Below, one piece after another: positions 1-9,575 of a stretch of DNA of 64,000 nucleotides. Position 1 is the stretch's first letter. Each line of letters begins with the position of its first letter. The notes under the pieces are model-generated. The model ran no database searches and was not told where the DNA came from. It was given only the letters and a program-made list of their open reading frames with translations. Both the position numbers and the translations under genes were made by a program. Source of the DNA: Clostridia bacterium (GTDB lineage Bacteria; Bacillota; Clostridia; JAAYHZ01); NCBI GenBank assembly GCA_050950825.1, contig JBMNIH010000011.1:79163-143162 (forward strand), written 5' to 3'.

Positions 1-263
1 TCCTTGTAGTCTTCGTCAACAATGATAATGAATCGTAAGTGTTTATACTCTTCCATGTGCCTTACGGTGTATATAAACTGTCGTTCTTCTTCGGCAGGCA
101 CGGTAGGATGAAGGATCAAAAGATCGATATCGTGTCTTTCTTGTATTTTATTGAGTGCTTCCCGAGTGTTATGCGCTGTCAGAATAACGTAGTCACTTAA
201 CGCATATTGGATAGTCAAACGGTCCGCTGTCGTATTTCCCACCAATAGGATTGTATCCGGCAT
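1..263 (-). CDS. N-terminal part of a signalling protein with a degenerate receiver (REC)-like domain; runs off the window start
   Basis: Manual translation from ATG at 263: MPDTILLVGNTTADRLTIQYALSDYVILTAHNTREALNKIQERHDIDLLILH...; GGAG RBS upstream; REC-like pattern lacking the canonical Asp residues. Confidence 0.55.
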   Translation of the reverse strand, partial: MPDTILLVGNTTADRLTIQYALSDYVILTAHNTREALNKIQERHDIDLLILHPTVPAEEERQFIYTVRHMEEYKHLRFIIIVDEDYK

Positions 264-460
264 ATGCACGTCTCCTGTTGCGAATCGAAGTTATGTAGCT
301 TCCAAATAAACATTAACTTAATTTTACACGAACCGCAATTGCTAGTAAATACCTAAAGCAAATTCTAACAATTATATTTACTTATTCCAATGTTTATCAA
401 AATTTTTCAACTTTTTTCCCGATTCATCATCTTCCCTCTATTATATTATATTACCAACCC

Positions 461-1072
461 TCATATCCGGTTCCGGTCAAAATCCGTTCTCCTTTTCATC
501 CCTCCTTTGCTTTTAAGCCTACAAATCAGCTGCGTCATGGTTCCCATGGGGCAGTAGACGCACCAGCTGCGCGGTTTGAAAAAAATCATGGTGATAAGGC
601 CTAAAACGGTAGATGTCAGCATGATGCTATAAAAACCGAATGCAAATTGGACGGCCCAATCGGGAAAAATCGACCCGCGATATGCCCAATGCCAAGGAAC
701 CTTAAATGTCCATAAAACGGTTACGACTTCTTTTAGGGAACGAGCATCCGAAAAAACAAGCCAAGTGTTCCACAGCATCAAGAAAAACATGGTCAAAAAA
801 AAGATCAAAAACCCGTAGCGAAACCAAGGCTTTCTTACGAATGGCGGAATGTCCTTTTTACGGGATAACCCCAATTTCCCGCCTATAAGGGAAAAAAGCC
901 TGCCTCTTCCGCAGTAGCGATTGCAGTAGAGCTTCGTACCGGTTACGATTGATAGGAAGAGGGGTATAAAGAAGCATAAAAGGCCGATCCAAGCAAACAA
1001 AATATTGAAAAAGCCGAGAATCAAATAGACAAGAGAAAAGATCCAAAGATAATCGTACCGGTGCTTTTTCAT
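461..1072 (-). CDS. 4Fe-4S binding membrane protein (NapH/MauN-like)
   Basis: CxxxC-G and CxxCP motifs (YCNRYCG, WCVYCPMG) with several TM helices; likely start MKKHRY at 1072 overlapping the ferredoxin stop. Confidence 0.8.
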   Translation of the reverse strand: MKKHRYDYLWIFSLVYLILGFFNILFAWIGLLCFFIPLFLSIVTGTKLYCNRYCGRGRLFSLIGGKLGLSRKKDIPPFVRKPWFRYGFLIFFLTMFFLMLWNTWLVFSDARSLKEVVTVLWTFKVPWHWAYRGSIFPDWAVQFAFGFYSIMLTSTVLGLITMIFFKPRSWCVYCPMGTMTQLICRLKSKGGMKRRTDFDRNRI

Positions 1073-1281
1073 GCCGTCACCTCCGAGAGGGTAATGACGG
1101 ATGCCGGGCATTCCTTTACACATTTCCCGCAGCCCATGCAAAAAGATTCGTCAACGGCGGCATAAAGGCCTTTGTATACGGTAATCGCATCATGAGGACA
1201 AACAAGGACACAGCAGCCGCATGCGGCGCATTCTTCCTTGTATACCTTCGCTTGCCGTTTTCGTTTTTTCACTTGCTTCAT
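1069..1281 (-). CDS. 2x[4Fe-4S] ferredoxin
   Basis: Two CxxCxxCxxxCP motifs in 70 aa. Confidence 0.9.
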   Translation of the reverse strand: MKQVKKRKRQAKVYKEECAACGCCVLVCPHDAITVYKGLYAAVDESFCMGCGKCVKECPASVITLSEVTA

Positions 1282-1353
1282 TATTCGACTCCTTTTTCGT
1301 AATGTTTTTCAAAGCAAGTGTAACGAAAAGGCGTCGTTTTTACCGTGACTTTG

Positions 1354-3846
1354 TTACAAAATCAAAAGAAATCCTGTTTCTTCGAAGAAATCCTTTTGTA
1401 CGGCCATTTTAACCTCTTCCGGAGCCGACACGTTTTTTACCTTCACTCCGCCTTCGCTTTTGTGGAAAGAGATTTTTCCGTAGTCCTTTACGCCGTGATC
1501 TTCCAAAATCTTTCTTGCAAGCATCGTCAGCTCGAAATCGTTGGTAGAAGGGTTTACCGACAAAGGCCATCCGATGGCACGGGACAATTCTTTCATCTCT
1601 TTTTCATAACGTTCGCCGATCTTCGGGGTAATGAAGGACAGTTCGATGGTTTTTCCCTCTTTGCTTATCTTAACGCTTTTTTTGTAAGGCTTATGCTTTT
1701 TGTCCTGAAAAAACAGATCGATAGCCGTCATGGCTCTGTTTTGCTCCAGGGGTTCTTCGGCCTTTGCTCCGTTCAATACGTTTATGGGAACGGATAAGCC
1801 TTTTTCTTCCTCCAGCTTCAAAGGCAATCCGGTTAACTCGAAAAATCGGTTTTCGATTTCTTCTTTTTTCTCCGTTTTGCTTGTTTTCACGGCAAAGGTA
1901 TCCGTTTCTTGGTAGTGGGATATCTTCCCCGGAGCCAAACCGTACCGCTCCAAAAGCACGGTGATTAATTTTTTCGCCGCATTGGTGTTGCACTGTTCGT
2001 TAACTTCCACGGACCAGCCGGTTTTTTCTTCGAATTCCTTTATCAAATGCCCGTACCTTTCCTTGGCCATTTTAGGATAATCAAAGCTTAAAAGGGCGAT
2101 TTTCTCTTCGTACCTTGCTCCTTTTTTCGACAGCCCCGCTTCCTTCGGGAAAAACTCATCGGCAAAGCGAAGCATTTCGTTGATTTCCATGATGCCGTCG
2201 TTAACGCTCTCCATAAGCTCGTCCTCCGTTGCCGGAAGGAAGATGTAGGTTCTTTTAAAGTCGTGTTTGAAATATCGGGTACCGTTCAAAAGCCGGTTCA
2301 GCTCTTCCGCTTGTTCTTCCTTCGGGTCTTCCCCGTACCAAAGGTAATGAATTTCTTCCACGGTGAATCCTTTATATGGATTCGGAAGAGAAAGAATGTA
2401 TTCTCGCAATATCGGTATGTTTTCTTCCGTTAAGGGATCCGGTCTTCCCATGGAGGCCGGTTTTTCTTTTTGTATTTGCTTTCGGGGATTCCGAATATTC
2501 ATATCGAATACTTCCCCGTTGGAAGGAACGATGATTTGGGCATAGATATTCTTGGCTACGTCGCCTGCCAATTCCCGGATCACGCTTGCTTCTCCGTGGT
2601 TAAAGAAAATTCTTCTCGGCGCCAATCTTTCTACCAAGGCGGTGATTTGGGACTTGTCGGCATGGGCGGACAACCCGTATTTCCCTACGCCGCATTTGAC
2701 CTCGTAATGGACGCCGTCGATGGTAATGACCTTTTCTTCTTGGTCCTTGGCCTCCGCCAAAGCCAAAAGGCTTCTTCCGGGCGCTTCCTCGTCTTGGTAT
2801 CCGGTAATGGCGATAAAATTGTTTTCCTTTGTGAACAAGGCCTTGGCGTAATCTTGGCTGGGTCCACCTGTTAACATCCCGGAGCTGGATACAATACAGC
2901 AAGGCTCGGAGGACTCCAAGATTTGCTTTCGCATTTCATGGTCCGTAACCTTTCGAAAATTGTCGTCGGTAAAGATACGGCTTCCTCTTAATACTTTTTT
3001 AGCATGGATGCTTCGCAGGTAGTTGGGATTGTTTTCGTAAATGGTGCAGACATCCTTCACCATTCCGTCTATGTACACCGGGATTTCGGGAAGCTCGTTT
3101 TTATTCATGGCTCTTTTCAAGATAAGGATCACTTCTTGGGCTCTTCCTAAGGCAAAGGCGGGAATCAATATTTTGCCCTTATCTTCGATTGTTTTTCTTA
3201 CGGTTTCCACAAGCCTCTTCTCTTCGTTTTGCCTGTTGGAATGAAGGCGATCCCCGTAAGTGGATTCGAAAACGGCAACATCCGGCCGAAGCTTCGGGAT
3301 GGCGGCTCCCTCCACCGTCAATTGGGGCGTTACGGAAAAGTCCCCGCTGTAAAAGAAGGAGCCTTCCTTGGAGGTTATGTAAACGGATGCGGCTCCGAGA
3401 ATATGACCGGCATTAAAAAACATCGCCTTGATATCGTCGGTTATCCGGATTTCATTGCCGGGATTATAGCAAAGGATTCGGTTCAGCATGCTTACCACGT
3501 GGCCTTCGGAAAAGACCGGTATTTCCGCTTCTTGCTTTTCCATGATCTTTAAGCTGTCGTAAAGCAAAACCCGTATCAAATCCTTTGTGGCAAAGGTACA
3601 GAAAATGGGTGCATCCGGATACTCGCGGCTTATAACGGGCAGCGCACCGATATGGTCCATATGGGCATGGCTTACAAAGATCCCGTTGATACCTCCGTTT
3701 TCTTGGATAATACGAAAATCCGGTAAATTGTCCTTTGCCTTGGTCATTCTCATACCGCAATCAAAAAGAAAATTTTTGCCGTCGATTTGAAAAAACAAAC
3801 AGCTTGCGCCGACTTCTTCGGCTCCGCCGCAAAAAATGAGCTTCAT
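1354..3846 (-). CDS. MBL-fold beta-CASP ribonuclease (CPSF73/YSH1-like) with long C-terminal extension
   Basis: GGAEEVGASC, DCG, SHAHMDH, AGHILG, YSGD, ESTYG, PAFALGRAQE, SSGML, LSAHAD motifs; likely start MKLIFCGG at 3846. Confidence 0.9.
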   Translation of the reverse strand: MKLIFCGGAEEVGASCLFFQIDGKNFLFDCGMRMTKAKDNLPDFRIIQENGGINGIFVSHAHMDHIGALPVISREYPDAPIFCTFATKDLIRVLLYDSLKIMEKQEAEIPVFSEGHVVSMLNRILCYNPGNEIRITDDIKAMFFNAGHILGAASVYITSKEGSFFYSGDFSVTPQLTVEGAAIPKLRPDVAVFESTYGDRLHSNRQNEEKRLVETVRKTIEDKGKILIPAFALGRAQEVILILKRAMNKNELPEIPVYIDGMVKDVCTIYENNPNYLRSIHAKKVLRGSRIFTDDNFRKVTDHEMRKQILESSEPCCIVSSSGMLTGGPSQDYAKALFTKENNFIAITGYQDEEAPGRSLLALAEAKDQEEKVITIDGVHYEVKCGVGKYGLSAHADKSQITALVERLAPRRIFFNHGEASVIRELAGDVAKNIYAQIIVPSNGEVFDMNIRNPRKQIQKEKPASMGRPDPLTEENIPILREYILSLPNPYKGFTVEEIHYLWYGEDPKEEQAEELNRLLNGTRYFKHDFKRTYIFLPATEDELMESVNDGIMEINEMLRFADEFFPKEAGLSKKGARYEEKIALLSFDYPKMAKERYGHLIKEFEEKTGWSVEVNEQCNTNAAKKLITVLLERYGLAPGKISHYQETDTFAVKTSKTEKKEEIENRFFELTGLPLKLEEEKGLSVPINVLNGAKAEEPLEQNRAMTAIDLFFQDKKHKPYKKSVKISKEGKTIELSFITPKIGERYEKEMKELSRAIGWPLSVNPSTNDFELTMLARKILEDHGVKDYGKISFHKSEGGVKVKNVSAPEEVKMAVQKDFFEETGFLLIL

Positions 3847-3948
3847 CCGTATCCTCCCGTTTCCGTTTTGTCTGTTAATAAAATCGTTTTTCGTTTTAAT
3901 TAGTATATCATAAAAAAGGGATATCTCGCTGCAGGCATACAAAAACGA

Positions 3949-5940
3949 TAGCGTCAATATACATTCGGAAATAAAAAGAGAGAGTTCACCCTTATGATAA
4001 GATTAAATCTTGTCTGTATCATATATCATTTCCATCAATTTTTCCACATTTGTTTTTTTAATTGATTATTACACATCACCCTATTTAAGAATTCATGAAG
4101 ACAATAGCAAATGCACAAGTAAAGTACTCATTTATTCCACGGTTCGCTTTACGACGAGCCTCTGCCGGCATGTTTAGTGGCCTCTGCGGCATCTTCCTAC
4201 AGGGTGAAGCCGGATACGGCTTTGTGTGTTTGATGCCAGGCAGACAAGCCTAACATGCCGTCTACTCATCGTAAAGCGACTTTCGCGGCATAAAGCCTAC
4301 CGTCACACGGTTACAAAGTCATAGCGGTTCAAGCTGCTTATGCGTCCCAAGCCAGTGTGGTCATATTCTTTAGCCACTTCATACTGCTCCTTTCCAAACC
4401 ATGTATGTGACGTCTGGTATCTTCCGCATACGTCCATTTTGAATGTCTTCTTCTCAGATCTCTTATCAATTCTTCTTGTGCTTCACGCCTTTCCTTTTGC
4501 TTTTTTCGTTGTTTTTGATATTTTAGCAAGTCAAGAATCTTACCGCCGTTTCTTTTGTACGCTCTGAGCCTTGCCATGCGGTCGCAACCCAATTCGCTCC
4601 ATCCCATTGGTCTGCTGCTCATTCTTGCCGACAATACATGGCTTATTTGCCCTTCTATGCAATATGTCCAGCCGCTTGTTTCTTCCACTCGGGTTTTTAT
4701 CCCTTGCCAATGATTTAGAAAATATCTTAACGCATCTTCCACTTCTTGCTTCTTGTTTTCACTTTCCGTAACCTTCAGGATCTGCTCATAGATATTCTTC
4801 AATTCCTTTTTGTCCAAACGATTCAAGGCTCCCCAAATCCAGTCTTTCACCTCGTCCGCGCTATCGTAAAGATGCGCCACTGACCTGTTTATATATTTCA
4901 TCATATGGTATTTATCAAGGACATATTTGCTGTTCTCCAAATATTCGCATCCTTTTTTTATCCACGAAGCTCCGTCTCCGACTACGTATATTCTCTCAAG
5001 ATAGTCCGTATCGTATGTTTTTTCTATGTATTCGGCAACCTCCATCCAAAGCTTTTCGTTGCCTTTGCCACCCTCGTAAATACCGCAAAAGTATTTTTTT
5101 CCGATCAGCTTATATCTGGGATTCTTGGATGCTTCCCCCGATTCATTGATAATATCCTCGAATACACAAACAAGCTTAGGCATCAGGGTATTAATCTTAT
5201 GGCCCCTCGCATCTCGCTTCAAATCGCCCTTTTCATTCCAAAACTGTGCCGCCACATGATCTTCATCGGCTATGACATGAAGCCTTTTTATCTTCTTCTT
5301 TCCTTCCGGTTCCGGCATCGGCATGTCCGCCTCAATCTCATGTACCAGATCCATCACGGCTTGTTTGCTAATGCCTTCTTCCGCTTTTATGCTTGCATTC
5401 TCTCCGCCTTTGCGGTAACTGCTGTCTATACTTTCTTCCAAGGCTCTCGCAGCTGCGCCTAGCGTTACCTTCTGGTGCGGTTCAAATCCGAGCACCTGAT
5501 CCAAAAGATATACATACTCACCCGTTCCTTTCGCACAATATCCGGTTCGGCAGAATTCAACCTTACCCATGACATCTACGATGGTTTTCTTTTTGTTCCT
5601 GTGCTCGACATTCCAATACTTTTTTCTCACGCTGCTTTCTCGTATATCGTTATCAGCTTTCTCGTACAAATCCGCTATAAGGCTGACCGCTAACGTTGAC
5701 GTAACTTTATTAACGAGTGCAGTCAAATCATCGGCATCTTTTTTACCTGCCAGAATATCACCCATCATTTTTTCAATTTCGACTAACCCATTTTCAATAA
5801 AATGTAGTATACTTTTATACATAGAGGACACCTTCCTTTGTGATTTTTTGTTTTGGAAATTTAATCATATCACAATCGGGGTCCTCTTTCTATTTGTTAT
5901 ATTCCTCCATTGATTATTATCCGAAACTTACTTTACGCTA
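3949..5940 (-). mobile_element. ISLre2-family insertion sequence
   Basis: Transposase plus imperfect terminal IRs (TAGCGTCAATATACATTCGGA at 3949 vs reverse complement of the end at 5940, TAGCGTAAAGTAAGTTTCGGA); no target duplication visible. Confidence 0.7.
4338..5822 (-). CDS. ISLre2-family transposase
   Basis: IADEDHV, VVGDGASWIK, LDKYH, IEGQISHVLSARMSSRPMGWS motifs typical of ISLre2/UPF0236 transposases. Confidence 0.9.
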   Translation of the reverse strand: MYKSILHFIENGLVEIEKMMGDILAGKKDADDLTALVNKVTSTLAVSLIADLYEKADNDIRESSVRKKYWNVEHRNKKKTIVDVMGKVEFCRTGYCAKGTGEYVYLLDQVLGFEPHQKVTLGAAARALEESIDSSYRKGGENASIKAEEGISKQAVMDLVHEIEADMPMPEPEGKKKIKRLHVIADEDHVAAQFWNEKGDLKRDARGHKINTLMPKLVCVFEDIINESGEASKNPRYKLIGKKYFCGIYEGGKGNEKLWMEVAEYIEKTYDTDYLERIYVVGDGASWIKKGCEYLENSKYVLDKYHMMKYINRSVAHLYDSADEVKDWIWGALNRLDKKELKNIYEQILKVTESENKKQEVEDALRYFLNHWQGIKTRVEETSGWTYCIEGQISHVLSARMSSRPMGWSELGCDRMARLRAYKRNGGKILDLLKYQKQRKKQKERREAQEELIRDLRRRHSKWTYAEDTRRHIHGLERSSMKWLKNMTTLAWDA

Positions 5941-7190
5941 ATCGGCCTGCGTGAAAATTTATCCTTTGGGGAGATTGCAAAACGACTCGGCAAAGACCGT
6001 TCCACCATTTCCAGAGAATTCAGGAAGTATGCTGATATCGAAAAGTCCGGCTACGGAGCAGCCGGTTACAACGCCTGTTTTCATCGTCCGAATTGCACGA
6101 AAAGCCACGTTTGCAAAGGTGATTGCGGGCGGCAGTCGGTTAAATACTGCAAGCTGTGCGGCCGATGTAATGATTTTTGTTCGGATTTTGAGGAACAAAC
6201 CTGTATCATCCGCATGAAACCGCCCTATGTCTGCAACGGTTGTGAGGAGCGAAACCGCTGTACTCTTGAAAAAACTTTGTACAGCGCAATATCGACACAG
6301 AAAGCAGCAGCCAGGAATATTTCTGAGTCTCGCCGTGGAGTGCTGTCCACTGAGCAGGAATTGACTGTGCTTAACGAATTGGTAACACCGTTGATTTTGC
6401 AAGGTCTTTCGGTTCATCAAATATATGCCAACAATGTGGACAGTATGATGTGCAGTGAAAAGACACTGTATAACTATATGACTGTGGATTCTTTGATGCC
6501 CGGAACATTGATTTACCACGAAAAGTCAGGTATCGTCCACGCAAGAAAAAGAAAGAGTTCAAAGTGGACAAGGGCTGTTACATAGGGCGTAACTATCCGG
6601 ATTACCAGTTATTTATGGTAAAAAATCCGGAATACCACACCGTGCAAATGGATTCCGTTATCGGTGCAGTCGGAGGGAAAGTCTTGCTGACGATTCATTT
6701 TCCGGATACCGGTTTTATTCTTGCATTCCTGCGAATCTCCAATACATCCCAATCGGTCATTGATGTTTTCGATAGGCTGTACATTACGCTCGGGAGAAAA
6801 CTGTTTGAAAGATTATTTCCGGTGCTACTCACCGACAGAGGTTCTGAGTTTTCTAATCCGGCTGCTTTGGAACGGTCGCCAGACGGAATCCTGCGAGCCC
6901 ATGTCTTCTACTGCGACCCGAACGCACCATTTCAAAAGGGTTCGCTTGAGGTCAATCACGAGTTGATTCGCCGGATTTTGCCGAAAGGCACGAGCTTTGA
7001 CAACTTGGAACAGGCTGACATTGACCGGATGATGAACCATATTAATTCCTACAAGCGTAAAAAGTTGAACAACAAAACTCCCTTTGAAGCCTTTGAATTT
7101 TATTATGGGAAAGAGCTTTTTGGAAAACTCTGTTATGAGCAAATTCCGTCTAACAATATTATTTTAACGCCAAAACTGTTAAAACGATAA
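5941..7190 (+). pseudogene. IS30-family transposase, 5'-truncated and frameshifted
   Basis: Frame from 5941 reads IGLRENLSFGEIAKRLGKDRSTISREF (HTH), then a Cys-rich block; 1-nt frameshift near 6479 (YNY / DCGFFDARNIDLPRKVRYR); catalytic core QMDSV, TDRGSEF, FQKGSLEVNHELIRR. Confidence 0.9.
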
Positions 7191-7334
7191 TCAAAAAAAC
7201 ATTTGAATTTATGGGCCGGGATATTTGAAACATCTTGTGGTTTTGGGGTTGCGTTTTGTATTGCCAAAATTTTGCTGTAGTCGTTACCTCTATTTTAACA
7301 TGCTCATTTCTTACGATTGATTAACAAAATCTAT

Positions 7335-7474
7335 TGCATTACGTTTGCAAATCGTGCGTTTCGATTACATATGTTGCATTTCATTTACGAATTGGGTTTT
7401 TGACTTTGCAAATTTGCGTTTCGTTTGCAATTGTTGCGATTCGTCTTTTAAATGTGACATTATGTTTTACAATT
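7335..7474. repeat. Degenerate 20-bp tandem array (about 7 units) at the right end of the IS30 element
   Basis: Units tgcattacgtttgcaaatcg / tgcgtttcgattacatatgt / tgcatttcatttacgaattg / ggtttttgactttgcaaatt / tgcgtttcgtttgcaattgt / tgcgattcgtcttttaaatg / tgacattatgttttacaatt. Confidence 0.7.
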
Positions 7475-7696
7475 AAGCAATATATTCGATGAGGTAAGGC
7501 GTGCAATTTTCGTCATCCAACCGAAAAACGACATGAAAGGTATATAATCGATTCCAAAAATCATGAGACATGGGATAATAGCCCGCTTTAACCGTGGCAA
7601 CCATGAACAATTGCTTAGGAGTGACCGCAACTTTCAGCCCGGTGCAAAAAGGGCTTTATGCAACCATGTATGAAAAACAAAGCAAAGCATACACAT

Positions 7697-7734
7697 AAAA
7701 ACAGTGTAAGAGACGGATCCCCTACACTGTTTTT
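7697..7734 (-). terminator. Intrinsic terminator (potentially bidirectional) after the epimerase gene
   Basis: AAAAACAGTGTA ... TACACTGTTTTT inverted repeat. Confidence 0.7.
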
Positions 7735-7755
7735 CTACGGTTACCGCTATATATT

Positions 7756-8943
7756 TTATTCATCCTTCATTTTTTTCAAAATCTTCGAGCAAAGAAGCAG
7801 GGCTCTCGGTAAATGGAAGGGTCCTTTCCATAAGGAGCCTTTCAATGTGTTGGACACGGTTCCGTCGCGGTGAAGATATCCGAACCATTCCCCGTATTCC
7901 TTGTCCGCAAACCGGTCGAAGGAGTATTCGTGGATTTTGTTAAACCAATCCGCATATTTCGGATCCTTCGTAATATCGTATGCAAGAAGGAGGGCATATA
8001 GAGCTTCCGTATGAGGCCACCACAGCTTCATATCCCATTCCAATTGCTCCGCAGGCTTTCCTTCGATGTCCACAAAGTACAAAATACCGCCGTACACCTT
8101 GTCCCAACCGATATCCAAGGACCAATCCAAAATTTCAATAGCGCGGTCAATTAAGCTTTGATCGTTCCGGTACAGGCCTTCATGGATCAAAAACCACACG
8201 GTTTCAATGGAGTGTCCCGGATTGATGCATCTTCCTTGGGGCGAATCCAGTCTTTCTCCGTTTTCCCCTACGGTTTCGAAGAGGGCTTTTTCACCGGGCT
8301 TCACAAAATCACGAAAAATGGTATCGGTCATCTCTTTTGCAAGCTCGTCCAACAAGGGATCCTTGTCAACTTCCCTCAACACCTGAATGGTGGATAGCAA
8401 AATCATCGGTAAAGACAAGCCCTTGGTTCTTCTTGTTTTCGGATTGATTTTCGGAACGGTCTTCGAAGGATCCTTGTAAAGGTCCACGACTCTTAAGAAA
8501 GTATCCTTTGCCAATTTCAGCGCTTCCTCGTCGCCGGTGGCTTTATAGTATTCGGCGCAAGCGATAATGGCGAAGGTTTCGCTGAACATGTACCGTCTTT
8601 TTTGAAGAGGACGCCCGTCTCGGGTGACGGTGAAAAACATACGCTTGTCCTCGTCGTAGCAGTACTTTACAAGAAAATCGTACCCGAGCTGTGCCGCATC
8701 GAGCCATTCTTCTTTTTTCTCAACGTCGTTGTAAAGCTTGGAAAACATCCACGTGCCTCTTCCCTGAAACCATACGGACTTATCCGTGTTGTACACGTTC
8801 CCTTTCCTGTCCAAGCAGGTAAGGTATCCGCCGTACTCGCGGTCCAAAGCATGATTCATCCAAAAGGGGATGCAATTGTCGAGCAAAAAGGATTCGTAAT
8901 GCTCGTACAAGTTCGTTAAGGTTTTCTTATCGATATGTACCAC
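7756..8943 (-). CDS. N-acylglucosamine 2-epimerase (AGE family)
   Basis: DKSVWFQGR, INPGHSIE, KLWWPHTE, GEWFGYLHRDG, KGPFHLPR motifs. Confidence 0.92.
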   Translation of the reverse strand: MVHIDKKTLTNLYEHYESFLLDNCIPFWMNHALDREYGGYLTCLDRKGNVYNTDKSVWFQGRGTWMFSKLYNDVEKKEEWLDAAQLGYDFLVKYCYDEDKRMFFTVTRDGRPLQKRRYMFSETFAIIACAEYYKATGDEEALKLAKDTFLRVVDLYKDPSKTVPKINPKTRRTKGLSLPMILLSTIQVLREVDKDPLLDELAKEMTDTIFRDFVKPGEKALFETVGENGERLDSPQGRCINPGHSIETVWFLIHEGLYRNDQSLIDRAIEILDWSLDIGWDKVYGGILYFVDIEGKPAEQLEWDMKLWWPHTEALYALLLAYDITKDPKYADWFNKIHEYSFDRFADKEYGEWFGYLHRDGTVSNTLKGSLWKGPFHLPRALLLCSKILKKMKDE

Positions 8944-9143
8944 CTCTTTACTATACTTTTAATAACTTGGAATCAATACCTATCATACCGGATATATGAA
9001 AATAAGAAAATACGTTAATGTCACCGGGGAAAGAGAATCCGGCTTGATCTTATATAAAAAAATAAAATAACCGACCGTTGTATGTGATAATATCGTTAAG
9101 TAAGAAAGCATTTGAAGACGTATTATGAAAAGGATGAACCGTC

Positions 9144-9495
9144 ATGATAATCAAATTTCTCGGCATGAACATATCTTTAAAGGATCCGAAAAGGCTCGCT
9201 TTATTTTATCGGGATGTGTCGGGACTTCCCATGTTGAATGAAAGCCCCGACTACGACGGTGTGACCTTTGGCAACAGTAACAAGGAGCCGGTTTTATGGA
9301 TTTGGGATGAAAGCAAACGGGGCAGAGCAAACGAAGGTGCCGTATGCCGTGTATTTCATTGCGATGATCATGACAAAACCTACGAGGAGCTAAAGCAAAA
9401 GGGTGTTGACCTTGATTCCCCTAAAACAGCCGTATGGGGCGGAAAAAGAGCTTTATGTGAAGGATCCGGACGGAAATACCGTTTTGATTCTGTAG
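9144..9495 (+). pseudogene. VOC/glyoxalase family protein with +1 frameshift near the C-terminus
   Basis: One extra A in the run at 9443-9447; removing it gives ...WGGKELYVKDPDGNTVLIL* (the typical VOC 'DPDGN' end); could also be a sequencing error. Confidence 0.75.
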
Positions 9496-9575
9496 GCTTC
9501 ACAAAGAGCCTCATGGGATACATATAAAAATCTTAGGGAAAGGATGCATGGATTTTAAAAACATGCGAGGAACTT

